Below, piece after piece: positions 40,051 through 48,390 of a DNA stretch of 64,000 nucleotides; the stretch's first letter is position 1; each line of letters begins with the position of its first letter. The notes under the pieces are model-generated. The model worked only from the letters and a program-made list of their open reading frames with translations, was not told the origin of the DNA and made no database searches. Both the position numbers and the translations under genes were made by a program. This stretch comes from an uncultured archaeon (lineage in GTDB: Archaea > Thermoplasmatota > Thermoplasmata > Thermoplasmatales > Thermoplasmataceae), in contig CP009479.1 of the NCBI GenBank assembly GCA_000965745.1, positions 1,408,001 through 1,472,000 of the forward strand. The letters are read 5' to 3'.

Positions 40051-40788
40051 ATGAACCATTCCGGCGGCATGGGTGCTGGAAAATGGAACCTGGAAGCTGT
40101 CCTGAGCCAGCTGAGGAAACTATCCAAAAGAGAATACAGGGATGGGATGGCAGGCTTCGGCATCAAAATGGACAGGACACTTGGGGTCCCCGTGCCTGAT
40201 ATCAGGAAGCTGGCCAAAATAATTGGAACGGATCATGTGCTTTCATTGGAGCTTTGGGATTCAGGAATACACGAGGCAAGAATCCTCTCGAGCATGACGG
40301 CGGATCCTGCGAAGATCACGGAAGAAGAAATGGAAAGGATGGCAGGGGAAATAGATTCATGGGACATATGCGACAACATCTGCGGAGAACTCTTTCTGAA
40401 AACACCATTCGCAGAAAGAAAGATAACTGAATGGTCGAGAAGAGAGGAAGAGTTTGTAAAGAGGGCCGCCTTTGTCCTGATTGCCTATTTCGCAGTTCAT
40501 AGGAAAAACATGGACGATGAACAATTCATTCAATATCTCGACCTTATAAAGGAAGGGGCCAATGATGACAGGAACTATGTCAAGAAAGGGGTGGACTGGG
40601 CGCTCAGGCAGATAGGCAAAAGAAGCCTGAAACTCAACAGGCTTGCCGTTGAAGTTGCTAAGGCCCTGAAGGACTCTGGTTCAGGGCCTGAAAAGTGGAT
40701 CGGCTCACGCTCATACCGGGAACTTGCAAGTCAAAGAGTGCAGGAAAGGCTAAAGGCGAAACAGGAAAAAAAATTGAAACATATTTAA
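40051..40788 (+). CDS. DNA alkylation repair protein (AlkD family)
   Basis: GVPVPDIRKLAK, LWDSGIHEAR, SWDICD, EEFVKRAAF, YVKKGVDWALRQIGKR. Confidence 0.88.
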   Translation: MNHSGGMGAGKWNLEAVLSQLRKLSKREYRDGMAGFGIKMDRTLGVPVPDIRKLAKIIGTDHVLSLELWDSGIHEARILSSMTADPAKITEEEMERMAGEIDSWDICDNICGELFLKTPFAERKITEWSRREEEFVKRAAFVLIAYFAVHRKNMDDEQFIQYLDLIKEGANDDRNYVKKGVDWALRQIGKRSLKLNRLAVEVAKALKDSGSGPEKWIGSRSYRELASQRVQERLKAKQEKKLKHI

Positions 40789-40815
40789 CTGCCTGTCGAT
40801 AGAGAGTATAAAAAA

Positions 40816-42495
40816 TTAGGAAGATATATTCGAGGACGTGCTGGAAGGTTGTTCCACCTTGTCGGAAGAATCCATCCAGTTCGGAATGTACCCGAACCTC
40901 TTCTTGAACTGGTTCCTGAGGAACCTCAATATGTATCCGCTTATTGCGTATGTTCCAAGGATTGTTCCCACTCTTGTCAGCATGTTGAAGCTCTGCGTTG
41001 CCAGCCATATGCTGTCGGTGAACTCTCTCGCATTGTGTTTCCATGCTGTGTAGTATAGCTTCCAGTGATTCTCGCTCATCATGTCGTAATCCATAGTCCT
41101 TTCCGGCTTGTGGTAGTCAACATACAGAAGCGGAGCAACTATGCCCTTCATCTTGTCCTTGACAGAAAGCCTGTTGATGAAATCGGTAGTCATGTCAACC
41201 TCGTCAGGCTCCTCATCGGGATGTCCCACAACCAGGGTTATTGCCGGGTAATAGTAATTACTGTTCATTATCTTTACAGCTTCCCTTATAGTTTCAGGAT
41301 ACTCCTCCGGGCTGTAGGGCTTCATCTTGTAAGGCATGTATTTCTTGACAAGCCTCGGTGAAATCCATTCCAGGCCAGGCTGGACACCCATCCATTCATC
41401 AGGGCTCAGCTCGTTGATATGAGAGATTTTGCTAATCATGTCAGGCGCGGCCCTTACTCCCGCAAATGTCCAGTGTGTCGAACCTATCCTTCTTGCACCT
41501 GCATTCCTGAGGGACTGAAACAGATCCACAATAGCGTCTTCATTGGGCACCTTATCCTTGTTGTCGCACCCATAGAGAGTGAGCTCTTCGGTAAGAAGCC
41601 AGACCGAGTCATAACCCTTCTTTATGTTTACACTTGCTTCACGAACCAGCCTGTCGATGGGGAAATCCCTCTTGGTTCTCAGGTTTGGGGCACAGAAATC
41701 ACAACCTCTGCCGCATCCCCTCATTATTTCCACTGTACCGGTCAGGGTACCTCTCTTGATTTCAGGGATCTCGTCCAGGTCCCCTATGCTGTTCGTCATT
41801 GACCTTATGACCTCAGGGGCCTCTTCGCTCTCTATCCTTTCGAAAATGTCAGGAGCGGTTACGTCCGCCTCACCCTCAATTACGTAATCCACTCCGAGTT
41901 CTTCTTTAACCCATGGGTCTATTCCTGTTCTCTTCCTGTTAACTGTATCTGTGTCGCCACTGTATTTCGAAGCGTCTCTGCCAAGAGGTGTAAGCTGCCT
42001 TCTCATGTAATCTGTGAACGGATTCAGCAGTTGCCACGATCCGGGACCTCCGACTGCGACCTTGAAGCCGTACTTCTCCTTGAGCTTCTTCAGTTTTTTC
42101 GTGACCCGTGTAAACCACATCCTGTTCCACGGATCATTGTTCCAGCTGATTGCTGTATCTACTGTCCCTATCCCAAGCGGGCTCATCTCGGTAAGTCCGA
42201 CAATCCTGGTATCCTTGTCTATTGCTTTTTCAAGCTCAAAAGGGTGCTGTGCAGTAACAGCTTCCTGCCCGTATCTGTTTTCAAGAGACTGTTGAACTCT
42301 CCTCAAACCAAGGGGTGCCAGTTCCATTTCCCCAGTCTTCCTGTTATATGTGTCATTCGTCGGGCAAATCATCGAATAAATTGGGCCCGGGGATACCTTG
42401 GCGGGCCCGCAAGAAAGAAACCCGAAGAGGAAATTACCTCTAAAATTGGATACCTGCGACCGATCTGCGGTCATAACATACTTCTTTCCAGACAT
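40816..42495 (-). CDS. B12-binding-domain radical SAM enzyme of the GDGT ring synthase (Grs) clan
   Basis: TADRS, APLGLRRV, VGGPGSWQL, EIMRGCGRGCDFC; strong GGAGGTGA RBS. Resembles GrsA/B-type proteins from recall. Confidence 0.75.
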   Translation of the reverse strand: MSGKKYVMTADRSQVSNFRGNFLFGFLSCGPAKVSPGPIYSMICPTNDTYNRKTGEMELAPLGLRRVQQSLENRYGQEAVTAQHPFELEKAIDKDTRIVGLTEMSPLGIGTVDTAISWNNDPWNRMWFTRVTKKLKKLKEKYGFKVAVGGPGSWQLLNPFTDYMRRQLTPLGRDASKYSGDTDTVNRKRTGIDPWVKEELGVDYVIEGEADVTAPDIFERIESEEAPEVIRSMTNSIGDLDEIPEIKRGTLTGTVEIMRGCGRGCDFCAPNLRTKRDFPIDRLVREASVNIKKGYDSVWLLTEELTLYGCDNKDKVPNEDAIVDLFQSLRNAGARRIGSTHWTFAGVRAAPDMISKISHINELSPDEWMGVQPGLEWISPRLVKKYMPYKMKPYSPEEYPETIREAVKIMNSNYYYPAITLVVGHPDEEPDEVDMTTDFINRLSVKDKMKGIVAPLLYVDYHKPERTMDYDMMSENHWKLYYTAWKHNAREFTDSIWLATQSFNMLTRVGTILGTYAISGYILRFLRNQFKKRFGYIPNWMDSSDKVEQPSSTSSNISS

Positions 42496-42689
42496 TCATT
42501 CACCTCCAATAATATAGGACGTTATGATACTAAAAAGATTTCGTTTGGTTAATTTGTCTCTCGAATCAATTATTTATAGTTTTTCCAAGCTATAATCATA
42601 CTGGTGTTTATCACATCTAAAGGGCCCCGTTATCGTCTCGGGAATATTTCAAGCCCCGAGCCCGAATAAACCGGGAATTTCTACTGGCC

Positions 42690-44066
42690 CTAGAGCTTCT
42701 TTACCCCCTGTATGAGTTTAGTGATGGAATCGGTGGCATCGCCATAGAGCATTTTTGTCTTGTCATTCCGGAAAAGCTCGTTTATAACTCCTGCAAAACC
42801 CTTTCCTGTTCCTCTCTTCAGAACTATTATGTTCCGGGCCTTGTCAACATCGAGGATTGGCATTCCGTAGAGAGGGCTTCCCGGTTTCTTTGCAGCAGGA
42901 TTCACCACGTCATTTGCACCGACTACAAGCGCCACATCGGAGCTTGGGAAATCCCTGTTCGCATCCTCCAGATCAAGCATCAGTTCATAAGGCACTCCCG
43001 CCTCAGCCAGAAGCACATTCATGTGGCCGGGCATTCTTCCGGCCACAGGATGAATTGCAAAACCGACCTTTATTCCTCTGGAAAGAAGGATGTCAAGGAG
43101 TTCCTTTATCTTGAACTGCGCCTGGGCAGCTGCCATCCCGTAACCAGGAACTATCATGACCCTCTCTGAATAGGCGAGCATTATTGCCGCATCATTTGCC
43201 TCTATCGGCTTGAGGGTCCCTTTTACGGTATCCGGCCCTTCCACTTCCTTTCCGAATGAGCCGAAAAGAACACTTGCGAGAGACCTGTTCATCGCCCTTG
43301 CCATGGCCACGGTCAGCAATGTTCCAGCTGCACCGACAAAAATCCCCGCGACCATCATGGCATAATTTCCAAGGGAAAATCCGTCGAAAGCAACAGCTAT
43401 GCCGGTCATGGCATTAAAAAGGGCGATCACCACCGGCATGTCACCACCCCCTATGGGAAAGGCCATGAGGAAGCCATATGATATTGATAGAACAAAGAAT
43501 GGGACAACCAGGCTGATCCCAAAGAGCGATATGGAACCATTAAGGAGGTATGCAACTCCAAAAAGAAGCGATACTGCCAGTATTGCAACATTGAAACCCT
43601 GCTGCCCCACAAATGTAATGGGCCTCTGCCTCATCCATCCCTGCAGTTTCAGGAATGCAATAATGCTCCCGGATATCGACACACTGCCTATTGCTGCCCC
43701 TGCAAGGGCCAATGCGAGGTCAAAGAAGGACCCTGAAAGTCGAAGGAGCTCAATTGAAGCCACTCCGGCTGCGGCCCCCGCACCCATTCCGTTGTATATG
43801 GCAACCATCTGCGGCATGTCTGCAATTGTAACTCTGACAGCGGCGAACCACCCTATTGCACCGCCTACCGCAATCGCAATCAGTATAAGGGGTAAGTTGG
43901 AGAGCCCGGGAATGGTGAATGTTATTATCACTGCAGCAGCCATGGCAAAGCCGGACCACATTATTCCGGATTTGGCGGTTTTAGGATGCCCCATCCTGTG
44001 GAGCCCAAGTATGAAAACTCCTATGGCAACTATGTAGATCGGGTTGTACAGGTCCACCATTTTCAA
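42690..44066 (-). CDS. pntB: NAD(P) transhydrogenase subunit beta
   Basis: MPQMVAIYNGMG, IGGGDMPVVI, AMNRS, VPGYGMAAAQAQ, HPVAGRMPGHMNVLLAEA, GANDVVNPAA. Confidence 0.96.
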   Translation of the reverse strand: MKMVDLYNPIYIVAIGVFILGLHRMGHPKTAKSGIMWSGFAMAAAVIITFTIPGLSNLPLILIAIAVGGAIGWFAAVRVTIADMPQMVAIYNGMGAGAAAGVASIELLRLSGSFFDLALALAGAAIGSVSISGSIIAFLKLQGWMRQRPITFVGQQGFNVAILAVSLLFGVAYLLNGSISLFGISLVVPFFVLSISYGFLMAFPIGGGDMPVVIALFNAMTGIAVAFDGFSLGNYAMMVAGIFVGAAGTLLTVAMARAMNRSLASVLFGSFGKEVEGPDTVKGTLKPIEANDAAIMLAYSERVMIVPGYGMAAAQAQFKIKELLDILLSRGIKVGFAIHPVAGRMPGHMNVLLAEAGVPYELMLDLEDANRDFPSSDVALVVGANDVVNPAAKKPGSPLYGMPILDVDKARNIIVLKRGTGKGFAGVINELFRNDKTKMLYGDATDSITKLIQGVKKL

Positions 44067-44353
44067 TCACCCTTCTTTCTGACGAACATGCTGAGCATTC
44101 TGTCTGTCACGACATAGCCTCCTGTAACGTTCAGTGTCCCCATCACCACTGCAACGAAGCCTATGGCCCTCTCAAGGTCATTCTGCGCCATGCCTAGTGC
44201 GATGATAGACCCTACAAGCACTATTCCATGGATGAAATTGGAACCTGACATTAGTGGGGTGTGAAGAGTTACGGGAACCCTGCTGATCACTTCATACCCG
44301 ATAAATGCAGCAAGCATTACAATGTACAGGATTATCCAGAAATCCACGCTCAT
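44063..44353 (-). CDS. pntAB: NAD(P) transhydrogenase subunit alpha part 2
   Basis: LHTPLMSGSNFIHG, GGYVVTDRMLSMF; three TM helices. Confidence 0.95.
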   Translation of the reverse strand: MSVDFWIILYIVMLAAFIGYEVISRVPVTLHTPLMSGSNFIHGIVLVGSIIALGMAQNDLERAIGFVAVVMGTLNVTGGYVVTDRMLSMFVRKKGD

Positions 44354-45489
44354 TTTGCATCACCGCCCTCTGCTCCTTTCGCTTTGTAAAAGGTCCGGCC
44401 ATCATGTGTAACCATGCAGGCTTTCAGTATCTCGTCTGAACCAGCCTCTCTGATATTTCCCTGCTCATCGACCAATAAATCCAGGAAGGAGAGAATGTTC
44501 CTCGCGTACATTTCACTCGAGCTGAATGGCACTTCGGATGGCAGATTTGAAGGCCCAACAATCCTCACGCCGCTTTCAACAATTGTTTTTCCGATCTGGG
44601 TGAGCTCGCAGTTCCCGCCTGATTCTGCTGAGAGGTCCACCAAAACTGATCCAGTCTTCATGCTCTTGATCATTCCGGCCGAAACAATCTTGGGGGCAGT
44701 TTTACCAGGCACGCTGGCTGCAGTTATTACGATATCCGCTTCTGCCACTGCATCACTTAACAGCTTCTGCTGCTCGGCCTGCTCATCTGCTGTCAGGTCT
44801 CTGGCATATCCTCCCTCGCCTACTGCGTCAAACGTGGTTTCAAGGAATTTAGCTCCAAGGCTTCTCACATCTTCGCCCGCCGATTTCCTGACATCGAATG
44901 CTGAAACACTCGCCCCAAGCCTCTTTGAGGTGGCTATTGCCATAAGGCCGGCCACTCCTGCACCTATGATAAAAACCTTTGAAGGGCGGACTGTGCCGGC
45001 AGCAGTTGTAAGCATAGGCATTAACCGCGGTGAATTCACTGCAGCTAGTATTGCTGCCCTGTATCCTGCCACTGAAGATTGTGACGAAAGCACGTCCATG
45101 GTCTGGGCCCTTGTTATTCTGGGCATCAGCTCCAGAGAGAATGATGTAATTTTGTATTCTGCAAGCTTCTTGACAATATCGGGAAATCTCCCGGGAAAGA
45201 TTGTCCCTATCACAATTGAGCCCGGTTTCATATGTTCCACATCCACTGGTTCCGGCCTCTGAAGTGTGAGGATTATGTCTGAAGCACCCAATAGCTCATT
45301 CCTGTCTTCCCTTATTTCGGCACCGCTTCCGACATACTGTTCGTCATCAAAGAAAGCAAGCTTTCCAGCCTCTTTCTCAACAATAACCTTCAATCCCTTC
45401 TCTATAGCTTTCCTGACAACATACGGGACCATAGAGACCCTCTGCTCTGTCTCTGAGACTTCCCTCACAACGCCTACTGTCAATACCAT
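44350..45489 (-). CDS. pntAA: NAD(P) transhydrogenase subunit alpha part 1 (dI)
   Basis: PRITRAQTMDVLSSQ, MLTTAAGT, GAGVAGL, GGYA, DLSAESGGNCE. Confidence 0.95.
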   Translation of the reverse strand: MVLTVGVVREVSETEQRVSMVPYVVRKAIEKGLKVIVEKEAGKLAFFDDEQYVGSGAEIREDRNELLGASDIILTLQRPEPVDVEHMKPGSIVIGTIFPGRFPDIVKKLAEYKITSFSLELMPRITRAQTMDVLSSQSSVAGYRAAILAAVNSPRLMPMLTTAAGTVRPSKVFIIGAGVAGLMAIATSKRLGASVSAFDVRKSAGEDVRSLGAKFLETTFDAVGEGGYARDLTADEQAEQQKLLSDAVAEADIVITAASVPGKTAPKIVSAGMIKSMKTGSVLVDLSAESGGNCELTQIGKTIVESGVRIVGPSNLPSEVPFSSSEMYARNILSFLDLLVDEQGNIREAGSDEILKACMVTHDGRTFYKAKGAEGGDAK

Positions 45490-45661
45490 AATCGAACTCC
45501 GGGCAATATTAATGTACTCAGCATTTTAAAAAGTATTGACCGTATTACTAATACTTTCAAGATTGGTTTTCCAAAATATTGATATGCCGGGAATTTGAAA
45601 CCTCATTATATAATAGGCTTCCAGTTTATTTTCGAGGGGTCAATAATCGATAGGCGATAAT

Positions 45662-46072
45662 ATGCCCGACAAAATGTCTCTTGTATTGTTTTCCGGAACT
45701 GACGACAAACTGATGGCTGCTTCGATAATTGCATCTGGAGGGGTAGCTAACGACATGGATGTGGATATTTTCATCACATTCTGGGGTCTGACAAAGATAG
45801 AAAAAGACGGCCAGAAAAATCCCGACGTGAGTTTTGAAGGACAGCCGATGAAAGACCAGGTTTTTGCGTTGATGAAAAAGAATAACGTCCCAGACTGGGT
45901 GACTATGCTCAAGAACGCGAAGGAGGTTGGAAACATAAAGGTCTACGGATGCGCTATGTTCGCAGATCTGCTTCAACTGAAAAAGGAGGATCTTGACCCG
46001 ATCGTTGACGACATTATTGGAGTTAATGAATTTGTATCGATGTCAAAGGATTCCATGACTATGTTTATATGA
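45662..46072 (+). CDS. DsrE/DsrF/DrsH-like family sulfur-carrier protein
   Basis: [22 protein letters not shown] with a single Cys; ends TMFI. Confidence 0.85.
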   Translation: MPDKMSLVLFSGTDDKLMAASIIASGGVANDMDVDIFITFWGLTKIEKDGQKNPDVSFEGQPMKDQVFALMKKNNVPDWVTMLKNAKEVGNIKVYGCAMFADLLQLKKEDLDPIVDDIIGVNEFVSMSKDSMTMFI

Positions 46073-46082
46073 GGTGAAAAAG

Positions 46083-46325
46083 ATGGAAAGTGAAGTTAAG
46101 CCTTCGAAGGTTGTAGACGCCAGAAACACATTCTGCCCAGGCCCGCTGATGGAACTCATAAAAGCCTACAAGGCGGCAAAGACTGACGATATCATATCGT
46201 TATACTCAACAGACAGCGGAACCAAGAGAGACGCGCCCGCGTGGATTAAGAAATCAGGAAATGAACTCGTTGGCGTTTATGACAGGGAAGGATATTTCGA
46301 AATAGTCATGAAGAAAACCAAGTGA
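46083..46325 (+). CDS. TusA family sulfur carrier
   Basis: [11 protein letters not shown] motif; GAGGTGA RBS before ATG 46083. Confidence 0.9.
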   Translation: MESEVKPSKVVDARNTFCPGPLMELIKAYKAAKTDDIISLYSTDSGTKRDAPAWIKKSGNELVGVYDREGYFEIVMKKTK

Positions 46326-47470
46326 GTATGACTATGCCGACTAAAATACTTGTACTAGGGGATGGTGCGGCGGGCACCATCATTTCCAATAAACTACGGT
46401 ATCTCATCAGGAAAGAGAACGCTGAGATAACTGTTATAGGCAACTCAAAATACCATTATTTCAAACCTGACGGAATTCACATACCACTGGGGATGAAGGA
46501 CTACCAGACAAGTGTGAAGAAACCCGATTATCTCTTCAACTACGGAATCGATTACATCAAAGATACTGTGACGAAGATTGATGTTGAAAACAGGAAGGTG
46601 GATGTAAGTTCAGGCAGGGAATACACATATGATTACCTTATAATCGCAACAGGGGACAGATTAGTGACTGACGAGTTCCAGAACTTCGACTCTGAAGCGC
46701 ACCACTTCTACTCACTTGAAGCTTCTCTGGAATTGGGGAAGGAACTTTCAAAATTCAACGGTGGAAAAATAGTGGTGGGGCCTTCGAGCATACCATATCA
46801 GTGCCCACCTGCCCCATATGAATTTACATTCCAGCTAGACAGGTATCTCAGAAGGCGCGGAATCAGAGACAAGACAGAACTGCACTACACCTTCCCGCTG
46901 AACAGGGTATTCACCATGGAAAATGTCTCTGAAAGAGTCCAGGACCTGTTTGACGAGAAGGACATCGAGTACCACACCATGTTCAATCTGGAGTCGATCG
47001 ATGCCGACTCCAAGAAACTGGTATCCCTTGAGGGTGATGAGCTGGATTATGACCTCCTTATCCTGGTGCCCCCCCATAAGGGACAGCAGGTAATCACCGA
47101 CTCCGGTCTTGCTGATGAGCAGGGGTATATAGACGTCGACAGGCACAAACTCTCATACGGGAACTACGACAATGTATTCGTCATAGGTGATGCCACAAAC
47201 CTCCCGATTTCAAAAGCTGGTGCTACAGCGCATTTCGAGTCAGAATACCTTGCAGGGAAAATTGCATCTGAGGTTTCCGGGTTTGTGTCAGAAGAGTTTT
47301 ATGATGGTTCTGTGGCATGCACAACAGTCACTGGAGATGAGAGGGCCTTCACCCTGTACTTCTCATACGAAAGGCCTCCGAGAGCCATGTACCAGAGCAA
47401 GCTGGACTTCCTGCTTAAATGGACTTCAGCAGACACTTATTTCAGCGCAATGCTAAGAGGGGTGATGTGA
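46322..47470 (+). CDS. Sulfide:quinone oxidoreductase-like FAD flavoprotein
   Basis: GDGAAG FAD fold, [17 protein letters not shown] and YDGSVAC redox cysteines, [13 protein letters not shown]. Confidence 0.82.
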   Translation: MSMTMPTKILVLGDGAAGTIISNKLRYLIRKENAEITVIGNSKYHYFKPDGIHIPLGMKDYQTSVKKPDYLFNYGIDYIKDTVTKIDVENRKVDVSSGREYTYDYLIIATGDRLVTDEFQNFDSEAHHFYSLEASLELGKELSKFNGGKIVVGPSSIPYQCPPAPYEFTFQLDRYLRRRGIRDKTELHYTFPLNRVFTMENVSERVQDLFDEKDIEYHTMFNLESIDADSKKLVSLEGDELDYDLLILVPPHKGQQVITDSGLADEQGYIDVDRHKLSYGNYDNVFVIGDATNLPISKAGATAHFESEYLAGKIASEVSGFVSEEFYDGSVACTTVTGDERAFTLYFSYERPPRAMYQSKLDFLLKWTSADTYFSAMLRGVM

Positions 47471-47941
47471 ATGGAAAGACCTGAAATGTTAAATGACGAG
47501 ATGGAGGAACTTCTCGTCAAGGTATTGGAAAATGCAGACGTCATAAATTCGATGGTGGGCGTTGTTGAGAAGCTTAAGGCGGCAGGTATCATAGACCTGA
47601 TGACGAGCATTGTCAACGACTATCTCCCCACGGATGTAGATTTCCTTGGGAAATTCTTTTCTTCAAAAGAATTCACAATGTCTCTCATGAAGACCTTCAA
47701 CGTTCTGATATCGGTAATGGGGGCAATGGGATCGGAGAAGAATTCTGACATCGTAAAGGGGCTCATGTTCAATTCGGAGAATGTAACTGACGGCATGATG
47801 GACGCTGTCCACAACCCAAAGAAATACTCTCCGTTCAAAATTGGAAAGCTCCTCTCTGACGAGGATATCATGGTAACCATGTCCGCTCTGGTTGCACTGA
47901 TGAAAAGTATGGGGCAGATATTAAGGAAAATCACCCCATAG
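47471..47941 (+). CDS. DUF1641-like helical protein
   Basis: Amphipathic helical ORF with C-terminal KIGKLLSDEDI...LMKSMG pattern, directly after the SQR-like gene. Confidence 0.65.
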   Translation: MERPEMLNDEMEELLVKVLENADVINSMVGVVEKLKAAGIIDLMTSIVNDYLPTDVDFLGKFFSSKEFTMSLMKTFNVLISVMGAMGSEKNSDIVKGLMFNSENVTDGMMDAVHNPKKYSPFKIGKLLSDEDIMVTMSALVALMKSMGQILRKITP

Positions 47942-48008
47942 CCTGTTTTATAATCTCCTGCTACTCCAAGCCGAACTAGTAAAAAAAGGCGTCTCCAATC
48001 AGATGGAA

Positions 48009-48081
48009 TGCGGGTGCCGGGATTTGGACCCGAGGCACGAGCTTGGCAAGCTCGCGTGTTACCAGGCTACACCACACCCGC
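48009..48081 (-). tRNA. tRNA-Gly (GCC), intronless
   Basis: GCGGGTG/CACCCGC acceptor stem, CGAGC-TTGCCAA-GCTCG anticodon arm, TCGGG-TCCAAAT-CCCGG T arm, A73. Confidence 0.95.
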
Positions 48082-48390
48082 CTGCAGCCCTAATTGATTC
48101 TGAAGTATTTATTTTTTAGTTTCTGTGGTATCTCCTTGCACCGAAAAACAAACAGCCAAAAAATTTAAGTATTGGAAAAAGCGAAAAAGAAAAATGATAT
48201 AAACCATAGACGAATTGCTTTACTGTTAATGCCCTTAAATAGCAGTTTTCCAATGATTTCATTGCTTAATATTTAAGTATTCTACTTGTAGGATTGCTAA
48301 CTAATAAGCAAAATAGGGAATTAGCTACAACACCGACAAAACTGTTTTAATATATCTGTTTCTACTCGATTACAATAGGTGATACCAGAA

